A DNA stretch of 64,000 bases from Anaeramoeba ignava BMAN (taxonomy: Eukaryota; Protista; Anaeramoebae): assembly GCA_028826165.1 (NCBI GenBank), contig JAPDFW010000110.1, positions 122,290 through 186,289 of the forward strand, in the 5' to 3' direction. Below, in pieces: positions 11,085-23,066 of the stretch. Numbering within the stretch: position 1 is the stretch's first letter; the number at the start of each line of letters is the position of its first letter. The position numbers and the translations under genes were made by a program. The notes under the pieces were generated by a model. That model made no database searches and was not told the DNA's origin. It was given only the letters and a program-made list of their open reading frames with translations.

Positions 11085-11365
11085 AGAAATTAAAATTGAA
11101 ATTAAAATTGAAATTGAAATTAAAATTAAAATTAAAATTGAAATTGAAATTGAAATTGAAATTAAAATTAAAATTGAAATTAAAATTGAAATTGAAATTA
11201 AAATTGATTTTGAAATTAAAATTGAAATTAAAATTGAAATTAAAATTGAAATTGAAATTAAAATTGAAATAGAAATTAAAATTGAAATTAAAATTGAAAT
11301 TAAAATTGAAATTGAAATTGAAATTGAAATTGAAATTGAAATTGAAATTGAAATTAAAATTAAAT
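11085..11365. repeat. Hexamer microsatellite (AAATTG/AAATTA)n
   Basis: Visible tandem repeat downstream of the lipase stop codon. Confidence 0.9.
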
Positions 11366-11389
11366 TTGGGTTGGAATCAAATTTCAAAA

Positions 11390-13400
11390 TTAATTATTAA
11401 GAACGAAATCAAGAACCCCATTAACAACAGATTCATCTGAAGGTGACCATTGATGTTCACAATCAAAAGTAGAAGTAGTAATAGCTTGTTGTTGTTGAGT
11501 AGACCAAAGAGTAGCAATTTTTCTAACAATAGAAGAAGCGCAAGTATTATCACCATCAACTTCAATAATTGAATAATCATCACCACCAAGTTTGTCATGA
11601 TAAACAACACCAACTGGAGTTTTTTTAGAAGTTCCATAGAAAATATGTGTTTGAACATTTGGTGCTGAAACTACTTCAGATGCTCCTGCTACTAAATCTA
11701 ATATTGAATGTGTGTTTTCTGGGAGATTTAAATCATTTAAAAGTTGGTGAAGATCTGTCATAGAACTTGTGTAAGTTTTTGTTGGTGTTTGAACTATAGG
11801 ACTATCTCCATATACTACTTGTTTCGGTAGGAAGAAATAAATTGCTGGTAATGTTCGTTCAAGTATTTGGCATTCTTTTGCACTTAATAATAAATCGGGA
11901 ATTCCGAATGTGTATCCAATTAACTTTTTTTTTAATAAAATTATTTAATTTTTTCTTTTTCTTTTTTTTTGTTGAATTTTTGGATTATTTACTAATGCAA
12001 CAACAGCTTGTCCTACGCCACCCCAAGGTGGAGAAATTGCCATCCATCCTTTAATATATTGTTCTTTCCAAGCTTTTATTTTTGAATAAATATTAAATAA
12101 ATATTAAATAAATATTAAATAATAAATAAATATTAAATATTAAATATTAAATATTAATTATTAAATATTAAATAAATATTAAATATTAAATATTAAATAA
12201 TAAATAAATATTAAATATTAAATATTAATTAAATATTAAATAAATATTAAATAAATATTAAATAAATATTAAATAAATATTAAATAAATATTAAATATTA
12301 AATATTAAATAAATATTAAATAAATATTAAATATTAAATAAATATTAAATATTAAATATTAAATAAATAATAAAAAAATATAAAAAATATAAATATTAAA
12401 ATTAAATAATTATTAAATATAAATAAAATTAAATATTAAAATAAATATTAAATAAATTATTAAATATTAAATATTAAAATAAATATTAAATAAATATTAA
12501 ATAAATATTAAATAATTAAATAAAAATAAATATAAAATTAAATATTAAATATTAAATAAATATAAATAAATATTAAATAAATTATTAAATAAATATTAAA
12601 TAAATATTAAATACAAATAAAATATTAAATAAATAAAAAAATAAAAATATTAAATAAAATTAAATATTAAATATTAAATAAATATTAAATAAATATTAAA
12701 TAAATATTAAATAAATATTAAATAAATAATAAAATAAATATTAAATATTAAATAAATATTAAATAAATATTAAATAAATATTAAATAAATATTAAATAAA
12801 TATTAAATAAATATTAAATAAATATTAAATAAATATTAAATATTAAATAAATATTAATTAAATATTTTAAATTAAATATTAATTAAAAAATTACCATCAT
12901 CAACTGAGTTTAATAAATCTAAAAATAAACAACATCCCATTGAATGAGTAACAACTGTTACTTTTTTCCCACCATTAAGATTATAAGCATATTCAATAGT
13001 AGTTTTAATATTTTGAACAAACTCAGTTAAACCAAGACCTGGAGCCCATCTCCAATCATAAGGAAGACCAAAAATAGACAATCCTTCTTGATATCCATGA
13101 TCTTTAAATTTATTAATCATATCCTTAAAATAACCCATAAAAATCAACTCAGGATCCAAATTTGAAATTGCTTCAAGTCCATTTTGTGTTTTTACTGCTA
13201 CTCCTTCAGGATCTGACCAGGTGTTTGTTTGTTCATCATAAACAATTGAAAGTCTTTCAGCAAAACAATCAACAACTTCAGGAAGCATTTCACTTGCTGA
13301 AACCCAAATTCGATACCAATCTGCATTTGTTCTACACCACCAATAATCCGATTTTGCGTTATCAAGTTTAATATCCAATTTTGTTCCTCCAAGTCCTTTT

Positions 13401-13431
<31 letters not shown>

Positions 13432-13435
13432 TTTT

Positions 13436-13526
<91 letters not shown>

Positions 13527-13531
13527 TTTCT

Positions 13532-13568
<37 letters not shown>

Positions 13569-13823
13569 TTTATTTATTTTTATTGATTATTTTTTATATT
13601 TTTATATTTATTTACCTGGTATAATTACAACAGGATCTAAATGCTAAATATTTTATAAAATTTTAAATAAAATAAATTTAAATTTTTATTATTAATTTTT
13701 TTCATTTCGTTTCATGAGTTTTTGTTTTTTTTTGTTTTTGCTTTTTGTTTTTACTTCTTGAACTTGTTCTTGTGTTTGAGTTAAAATTAAAATTAAAATG
13801 AAAAAAATAAAAAAAACTTTCAT
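11390..13823 (-). CDS. LCAT / lysosomal phospholipase A2 (PLA2G15)-family lipase with signal peptide, 5 exons
   Basis: MKVFFIFFILILIL signal peptide; spliced PVVIIPG-LGGT; PYDWR; nucleophile motif VTHSMG; ISPPWGG; DGDNT (Asp) and CEH (His). All introns GT-AG. Confidence 0.9.
12085..12885. repeat. Intronic AT-only satellite (AAATATTAAATA / AAATATT units)
   Basis: Fills intron 3 of the lipase gene. Confidence 0.9.
13398..13610. repeat. (TTTA)n intronic microsatellite
   Basis: Fills intron 2 of the lipase gene. Confidence 0.9.
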
Positions 13824-14019
13824 TTCTTTTTTATTATTTTTTTGGTTTGGCTTTTTTAAAAAAAGAAAAAAAATGAAAAAAAAAAATTTTAATTTTTAAT
13901 TTTTATTTTTAATTTTGATCTTCCAGAAAACAAAAAAACAAAAAAATAAAAATAATTTCAGTTTTAATTTTAATTTTCATTTTTATTTTTGTTTTTTTTT
14001 ATTGTTTTAAAAAAAGAAA

Positions 14020-14250
14020 ATGAATCAAAAAAAGTGGAACGAAAATGATCCAAAAATAAAAGAAAATTTTCCAAAATTTACTTTAAAAAAACCTTTTCCT
14101 TTTCCACAAGAAAGAGTAACTGAATTATTTCAAAAATCAACAAAGAAAAAAGAAGAAGAAAATAGAAAAAGAGAAATAGAATCAAAAATTCAAGCCAAAA
14201 TGAAAGAAGTTGAAGAAATGATCTGTCCAAAAAAATCAAAAGAAAAATAA
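14020..14250 (+). CDS. Small lysine/glutamate-rich hypothetical protein (76 aa)
   Basis: Non-repetitive ORF with A-rich start context and an upstream TTTTCATTTT motif; fills the gap between the divergent lipase and the convergent ArfGAP gene. No family recognised. Confidence 0.55.
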   Translation: MNQKKWNENDPKIKENFPKFTLKKPFPFPQERVTELFQKSTKKKEEENRKREIESKIQAKMKEVEEMICPKKSKEK

Positions 14251-14311
14251 GATGAAAAAAAGAAAAAATATAAATTTTATTTTTTAAGAAAAAGAAAAAA
14301 TAAAAATTGTT

Positions 14312-17300
14312 TTAATTATATTTATCAGGCAAAGAAGTAAATTTTGTGAGAGGCTTTTTTGGGAAATCTGGAAGATTTGTTGGAGATTTTCTAATATTAG
14401 GTTTTGGAGGTCGAGGTCTATTTAAAGCTTTTATTCTTGGTGGAAGAGGAAGTTTATCAGGAGAAGGACCTTTTTTTTGGATCACAAATTCTAAGCCATC
14501 TTTCTTTTGAATTGGATGAGGTTGGGGATAAGGACGCGGAGGTTTTTTGAGAGATTTTGGCGTTTTTGGTGCTGTGTTTTGATCTTGAGATTCGAGAGTA
14601 GGGGATTTTCTTTGTGAGTAAGAAGGAGGAAGCGGCGGCTTTCTTGTGGGACGTTTTATCCCATCGTCTTCTCTTTCGCTTGTGTATGAATCAGAATCAC
14701 TTGTTGTGTGATCCAACTTAGAAAGAGCTGAACGTTTTTGAGTTTGTATTTTCCCATCATTTGGCAAATATGCTCCACCATCTATTTTTGTTTCTGGTCT
14801 TGGTGGTGGTTTTCTTTTTGGCATTGTTGATTCGGGAAGAAGTTTTTTGCTTATATTTTTGCGTCTTTGATTTTCTGCGTTTGGAGATGATTTGCTTTCC
14901 TTATTCATTGGTTTATTCGCGCTTTTATCTGTGAAAATGAACGAGTGTTTCTCTTTCATTTCGTTCAAAATATTCAAGCATTCATAATATTGTTGATTCT
15001 TTGCGAGTTCGAGAGCGGAAACAAAGCTTTCATGATAGAGTTGAGGATTACTAGGATATAAATCTGCGCCGTAATGAAGAAGTCTTTTGAGAGCTATAAC
15101 ATTATTATTTAAAACTGCAGAATGCATTGGGGTGAATCGAGTTCCATTAACAACATTGATGTCAACAAAGGTATTAAGGAGAAGTAATTCGAGTATTTTT
15201 TCTTGTGAACCAAGAGCTGCAATATGAAGGGGAGTGTTGTCGTAATCGTTCGGGTTTTTCCAGTCCACTTGAGCTCCATGAACCAAGCATTGGAACAGAT
15301 CTTCAATGTTTTCTTCCTTAACTGCCTTGTAGCATTTCAAGTTCAATAATTGCTGTTTTTTTTCTGGGTCTTTTTCTTCCTTATCCACAAAGTCATTTCT
15401 AACAAACTCCCGTTTTTCATATTTCCTCTCAATGAATTTTTTTTTGATTTGTGGATCGTCATTTGGATTCGGTCGATTTTCATTGATATTTGCTTCCAAA
15501 ATTCCATTAAGTTTATTGTTTCCCAAAATTTTCATGATTTCAACAACTTGCGGTTCCCATTTGTCAAGAAGTAAAGAGCGAACCCGCATTGGTTGCTTTT
15601 GCAAGCTTCTCATTATTCCTGCACATTCAATACATACAATATTCCCGAAATTTATTGATGACCATTCGGGATTTTCAGCTCCACATTCAGAGCATTTATT
15701 ATTTCCAGGTATTTTTTTTAATTCTTCAATGATTTCTTCGTTTTCATTGTTTTTTTGTTTTCCCTCGTTTTCGGAATAATTTGATATTACTGCTGATATA
15801 TTATTTTGTACAATTTCTATCCATTTTTTGGCTTCTGCTTCTGATTCTGCTTGAAGGTTATAAGTTTTTTGAGGTGAAATGATTTCGAAGCAATTTCTAT
15901 TATAATTTCAAATTTCATTATAAATTTCATTATAAATTTAATTATAAATTTAATTATAAATTTCATTATAAATTTCATTTTAAATTTCATTATAAATTTC
16001 ATTATAAATTTCATTATGAATTTCATTTTAAATTTAATTATAAATTTAATTATAAATTTAATTATAAATTTAATTATAAATTTCATTTTAAATTTCATTA
16101 TAAATTTCATTATAAATTTCATTATGAATTTCATTATAAATTTCATTTTAAATTTAATTATAAATTTCATTATAAATTTCATTTTAAATTTCATTATAAA
16201 TTTCATTTTAAATTTAATTATAAATTTTATTATAAATTTCATTTTAAATTTAATTATAAATTTTATTATAAATTTAATTATAATTTCATTATAAATTTCA
16301 TTATAAATTTAATTATAAATTTCATTTTAAATTTAATTATGAATTTAATTATAAATTTAATTATAAATTTAATTATAAATTTAATTATAAATTTCATTTT
16401 AAATTTAATTATAAATTTTATTATAAATTTCATTTTGAATTTAATTATAAATTTCATTATAAATTTAATTATGAATTTCATTATAAATTTCATTATAAAT
16501 TTAATTATAAATTTCATTTTAAATTTCATTATAAATTTCATTTATGAATTTCATTATGAATTTCATTTTAAATTTCATTTTAAATTTAATTATAAATTTC
16601 ATTATAAATTTCATTTTAAATTTCATTATAAATTTAATTATAAATTTAATTATAAATTTCATTATAAATTTCATTTTAAATTTCATTATAAATTTCATTA
16701 TAAATTTCATTATGAATTTAATTTTAAATTTCATTTTAAATTTAATTATAAATTTAATTATAAATTTAATTTTAAATTTCATTATAAATTTCATTTTAAA
16801 TTTCATTATAAATTTCATTATAAATTTCATTATAAATTTCATTTTTTAAATTGGTTAAATTTCATTTTTAAATTTAATTATAAATTTAATTATAAATTTC
16901 ATTTTTAAATTTCCTTTTTATAAATTTCATTTTAAAAATAAATTTTTTCAAATTTTTAAAATTTAATTATAAATTTAATTATAAATTTCATTTTAAATTT
17001 AATTATAAATTTGATAAATTTTTTATAAATTTCATTATAAATTTAATTTAAACATTTTAAATTTAATTATAAATTTAATTTTAAAAGATTATAAATTTCC
17101 TTTTTAAATTTCATTTTAAATTTAATTATAAATTTGTTTATAAATTTCATTTTAAATTTTTATAAATTTGATTATAAATTTCATTTTTAAATTTCATTAT
17201 AAATTTCATTATAAATTTCATTTTAAATTTCATTATAAATTTCATTTTAAATTTAATTATAAATTTAATTATAAATTTCATTTTAAATTTCATTATAAAT

Positions 17301-19612
17301 TTCATTTTAAATTTCATTATAAATTTCATTTTAAATTTCATTATAAATTTCATTTTAAATTTCATTTTAAATTTCATTTTAAATTTCATTTTAAATTTCA
17401 TTTTAAATTTCATTTTAAATTTAATTATAAATTTAATTATAAATTTAATTATAAATTTCATTATAAATACCTTCGATTTCTATCAACTCTTGGTTTAATT
17501 GAACAAAGAGTTAAATTTACAATTCCTACTTTTGAAAGATCCTTTTTTTAATAGAGAATAAAAATAAATATTTTCAAATTTTAAAAAAATAATTGTTGAT
17601 TAATTACTTTCCAATCACGATAATAATATATTTGATGATTTTTAACAACAAAAAATCTTCTTTGCCAAACTTTAACACCTGAACTTGAAAGTTTAAAAAG
17701 ATATCCTGCCTTTTCTAAATCACTTTTATTTTTTGGTTGAATTACATCTTGTTTAGAAAGTAACTATTTTTAAATTTGATTATAAATTTCATTTTAAATT
17801 TCATTATAAATTTAATTATAAATTTCATTTTAAATTTCATTATAAATTTAATTATAAATTTCATTTTAAATTTAATTATAAATTTAATTTTAAATTTAAT
17901 TATAAATTTAATTTTAAATTTAATTATAAATTTAATTATAAATTTAATTATAAATTTAATTATAAATTTAATTTTAAATTTAATTATAAATTTCATTTTG
18001 AATTCCAAATACTTTTTTTAATTTTTGTCTTTTTTCATCTTTTTTTTGACTAAATAAATCAGATGTTTTTTTGACATCTTCAAGATTTGTAGTTAAATTA
18101 TCAAGAAAAGATTTTTTTTCATTTAACAAATCATGACCTTGATGAAAATAAGCAATTTGTAAATACATTAAAGAACAAATTCTTTCAAGAAATTCAAATT
18201 TTTGTTTTTGTTCAATTTGTCTTAAAATAGATTCTAAATCAAAATTAGCAAGAATATATTTTTCTTGAATTCTACGATATTCTTTTTTAATTTCATTTTG
18301 TTTTTTGGAATCTTTTTTGCTTGACATAGAAATATATTTTGCAAGAATTGCATCTCTTTCAGCTGAAATTTTATCTAAATTTTTTCTTGATTCTTTCGCT
18401 GAATTAAAATCAAGATCTAAAAATTCTTGTAAAGGATGTGAAAAGGCTTGTTCGAATTGAGAATACTAATAAATTTTTAAATATATATTATTTTTGAAAT
18501 ATTTAATGAATATTTATTTATTAATATATATTTAATAATATTTATTTAATAATATTTATTTAATAATATTTATTTAATAATATTTATTTAATAATATTTA
18601 TTTAATAATATTTATTTAATGAATATTTATTTAATAGTATTTATTTAATAATATTTATTTAATAATATTTATTTAATAATATTTATTTAATGATATTTTA
18701 TTTAATAATATTTATTTAAATAATATTTATTTAAATATTTATTTTTAATATTTATTTAATTATATTTATTTAATGATATTTATTTAATAATATTTATTTA
18801 TTTAATATTTAATTTATTTATTTAATAATATTTATTTAATAATATTTATTTAATAATATTTATTTAATAATATTTATTTAATTATATTTATTTAATGAAT
18901 ATTTATTTAATAATATTTATTTAATAATATTTATTTAATAATATTTATTTAATAATATTTATTTATTAATATATATTTAATAATATTTATTTAATTATAT
19001 TTATTTAATAATATTTATTTAATGAATATTTATTTAATTAATATTTATTTAATAATATTTATTTAATGATTTGATGAAATATTTTGTGAATTGTTCAAAT
19101 TTTCTAAATTCTCTTAATTTAAAGAAACTTCTCTTTTCTTTCATTTCTTTTCTTTTGATTTTTTACATTTAAATTTAATGATTCACTAATCATATGAATC
19201 ATACTTCCGAACCAAGTAAATTGTTTAACTAAATTATTAAAAATTATTTCCAATAAAAATTTTAATTTAAAAACAAAAAAGAAATAAAAAAATTTTTTAC
19301 CAAAAGCAGGATCTGCATTTGAAGCAAAACTATATCTATGATAAGAACTAATTTCATCAGCAAATTGTCTTGAATAATTACTCATTACTTATTATTTTTA
19401 TTTTTATTTTTTTATTTAAATTTTTATATTTAAATTTTTATATTTTAATTTTTATATATTTAAATACCTTTTGCTGCTTGTGAAATTTGTGTAGAAAGTT
19501 TAACAATTCTTGATAAAAATGTATGAAGATCTTTTGTTTGATTTTCAAGTTGTCGAATTTCAGCTTGAAAATGAGGACTATCTTGAACAATTCGATTTAA
19601 ATTAATTTTCAT
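14312..19612 (-). CDS. ACAP: BAR-PH-ArfGAP-ankyrin protein with proline-rich tail (ACAP/ASAP, centaurin-beta type), 7 exons
   Basis: N-terminal DSPHFQAEI (BAR); KAGYLFKL...WQRRFFVV and CFEIISPQKTYNLQAESEAEAKKW (PH); CSECGAENPEWSSINFGNIVCIECAGIMR (ArfGAP zinc finger with catalytic Arg); TPLHIAA ankyrins. GT-AG introns. Confidence 0.9.
15900..17466. repeat. Intronic 12-bp satellite AAATTT(C/A)ATT(A/T)T
   Basis: Fills the intron that splits the PH domain; the same unit recurs at 17770-18000. Confidence 0.95.
18500..19070. repeat. Intronic 14-bp satellite AATATTTATTTAAT
   Basis: Tandem repeat in a BAR-domain intron. Confidence 0.9.
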
Positions 19613-20216
19613 TCACTTTTTATTTTAATTTTAATTTGAAAAAAAAAATGAAAAAATGAAAAAATTTTTTTCCAAATAAAAATAAATTTAATTTTAAATT
19701 TCATTTTAAATTTGATTATAAATTTAATTTTAAATTTAATTTTAAATTTTGTTTTAAATTTAATTTTTATAAATTTTTCATTTATAAAATTTCATTTTAA
19801 ATTTTTATAAATTTTGAAAATTTTGGGGAGTTTATCAGTTTAATTATTAAATTTAAATTTTAAATTTAATTATATTAAATTTAATTATAAACTTTCTTCA
19901 AATTATAAATCTTTTAATGAATAAATGGAAGATTTTGTTAGAAAATTTTAATTATAATTTTTTTTTATATTATTTTGTTATAAATTCGTTTTAATTATGT
20001 GAAAATTTAATTATAAATTTAATTATAAATTTTGTTATAAATTGTTATAAATTTAATTATAAATTTAATTATAAATTTAATTATAAATTTAATTATAAAT
20101 TTAATTATAAATTTAATTATAAATTTAATTATAATTCTAATTTAAAAAGTAAATCGTTTCCATTTTGAATTTTCCATTTTTTTTATTTTTTCCAAAAAGA
20201 AAAAATTTTAAAAAAT

Positions 20217-22931
20217 TTATAACAAATTCATTTCGTGAAGTTTTTTATCACGTTCTTGAAAATATTGAGGGAGTTTATCAGTTCTAACAGAACGATTAAC
20301 ACCACCTTTTCTTGGATCCCATAAAACCAATAGATTATAATATAAATTAATACATTCATCACTTTCTTCAACTTTTTCATTAATAATATCTTCTCTAAAA
20401 GGTGAATATTCAATTGGAAGATCAAAATCATAAGAAAATCTTGAATCCATTGATCTATTTTTTATATCTATTTTGTGATCAGGAAATAATTCGTTTATGT
20501 TCTCTGTTGTGTGAAATCCACTGTTTGTTGTTTCTCTTCCTCTTTCAATTCCTACTTTATTTCGTGGTATATTTCGTTCTATTGTTTCGTGTCTTTGTTC
20601 ATCTTCCAAATTGAATGATGTAAAAATATTCTGTTGAAATGAATCAAACTATTTTTTTCCATTTTTATATTAATTATAAATTTTGTTTTATATTAATTAT
20701 AAATTTTATTTTAAATTTTAATTATAAATTTAATTATAAATTTAATTATAAATTTCATTATAAATTTAATTTTAAATTTAATTATAAATTTTGTTTTAAA
20801 TTTTGTTTTAAATTTAATTATAAATTTTGTTTTAAATTTAATTATAAATTTTGTTTTAAATTTAATTATAAATTTTGTTATAAATTTTGTTTTAAATTTA
20901 ATTATAAATTTAATTATAAATTTAATTATAAATTTAATTATAAATTTAATTATAAATTTTAATTATAAATTTAATTATAAATTTAATTATAAATTTAATT
21001 ATAAATTTAATTATAAATTTAATTATAAATTTAATTATAAATTTAATTATAAATTTAATTAAATTTAATTATAAATTTTTATAAATTTTGTTATAGATTT
21101 AGTTATAAATTTTGTTTTTAAATTTTGTTATAAATTTTGTTATAAAATTCTGTTTAAAATTTTTCTTAATTTAATTATAAATTTAATTTATAAATTTAAT
21201 TATAAAATTTAATTATAAATTTTGTTTTAAATTTAATTATAAATTTTGTTTTAAATTTAATTATAAATTTAATTATAAATTTTGTTTTAAATTTAATTAT
21301 AAATTTAATTATAAATTTAATTATAAATTTTGTTATAAATTTAATTATAAATTTTATAAATTTAATTATAAATTTTGTTTTTAAATTTAATTATAAATTT
21401 AATTATAAATATAATTATAAATATAATTACAAATATAATTATAAATTTAATTATAAATTTAATTATAAATATAATTATAAATTTAATTATAAATTTAATT
21501 ATAAATTTTATTATAAATATAATTATAAATATAATTACAAATATAATTATAAATTTAATTATAAATTTTAATTATAAATTTAATTATAAATTTAATTATA
21601 AATTTAATTATTATAAATTTAATTTATAAAATTTAATTATAAATATAATTATAAATATAATTACAAATATAATTATAAATTTAATTATAAATTTAATTAT
21701 AAATTTAATTATAAATTTAATTATAAATTTTGTTATAAATTTAATTATAAATTTAATTATAAATATAATTACAAATATAATTACAAATATAATTATAAAT
21801 ATAATTATAAATTTAATTATAAATTTAATTATAAATTTAATTATAAATTTAATTTTAAATTTCATTTTAATTATGAATTTAATTATAAATTTAATTATAA
21901 ATTTAATTTTTATAAATTTAATTATAAATTTAATTATAAATTTAATTATAAATTTAATTATAAATTTAATTTTTAAATTTAATTTTGAATTTAATTATAA
22001 ATTTAATTATAAATTTAATTTTAAATTTAATTATAAATTTAATTATAAATTTTGTTATAAATTTTTGTTATAAATTTTAATTATAAATTTAATTATAAAT
22101 TTAATTATAAATTTAATTATAAATTTTGATATAAATTTTGTTATAAATTTTGTTATAAATTTAATTATAAATTTTATTATAAATTTAATTATAAATATAA
22201 ATATAAATTTAATTATAAATTTAATTATAAATTTTATTATAAATTTAATTATAAATTTAATTATAAATTTAATTATAAATTTAATTATAAATTTAATTAT
22301 AAATTTCATTATAAATTTAATTATAAATTTAATTATAAATATAATTATAAATATAAATATAAATTTTAATTATAAATTTAATTATAAATTTAATTATAAA
22401 TTTTATTATAAATTTAATTATAAATTTAATTATAAATTTTGTTATAAATTTAATTATAAATTTAATTATAAATTTTTTTTTAATTTTAAATTTAATTATA
22501 AATTTTGTTTTAAATTTAATTATAAATTTTGTTTTTAAATTTAATTATAAATTTAATTATAAATTTAATTATAAATTTTTAATTATAAATTTAATTATAA
22601 ATTTAATTATAAATTTAATTATAAATTTAATTATAAATTTTATTATAAATTTAATTATAAATTTAATTATAAATTTTGTTATAAATTTTGTTATAAATTT
22701 TGTTATAAATTTTGTTATAAAATTCTGTTTAAAATTTTTCTTAATTTAATTACGACAAAATCATCACTAACTGTTAAAAAATAAATATAAAAATAAAAAT
22801 AAAAAGAACAAAAATAAATTTTTTTTTGTTTTAATTAGATAAAAAGAATAAAGATTTTTACAATTTTTTGGGTTATGATGATTTTCTTCTTGTTTTCGAT
22901 TAGATGGATTTGAATCCATATTTTTTTGCAT
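20217..22931 (-). CDS. Small hypothetical protein (about 166 aa); exons 22931-22862, 22770-22754 (17-nt micro-exon), 20630-20217
   Basis: All junctions are GT-AG and frame-compatible (70 + 17 nt = 29 codons), giving MQKNMDSNP...PKNFSDDFVNIFTSFNLEDEQRH... Confidence 0.7.
20670..22735. repeat. Intronic 12-bp satellite AAATTTAATTAT (variants AAATTTTGTTAT, AAATATAATTAC)
   Basis: About 2.1 kb of tandem repeat; an internal landmark AAAATTCTGTTTAAAATTTTTCTTAA occurs twice (about 21146 and 22719). Confidence 0.95.
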
Positions 22932-23066
22932 TATTAACAAAAAAAAAATAAAAATAATTAATAATAAAAAAATAAAAAATAAAAAATAAAAAAATGAAAA
23001 AAAAAATAAAAAAAAAATTTTCATTTTTTTCATTTTCTTTTTTAATTTTTAAAAAAACCAAAAAAA

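Noticed and set aside
11025-11085. ATGATGA box C-like motif or tiny ORF near 11040
   Set aside because: No downstream CTGA box D, terminal stem or rRNA-antisense element found.
15817-18021. Many ORFs of type MKFIIKF / NLIINF, also at 20639-22309, 35855-37372, 41898-42143, 59377-60101 and 11013-11387
   Set aside because: Translations of stop-free intronic or intergenic microsatellites, mostly inside GT-AG introns of recognisable genes.
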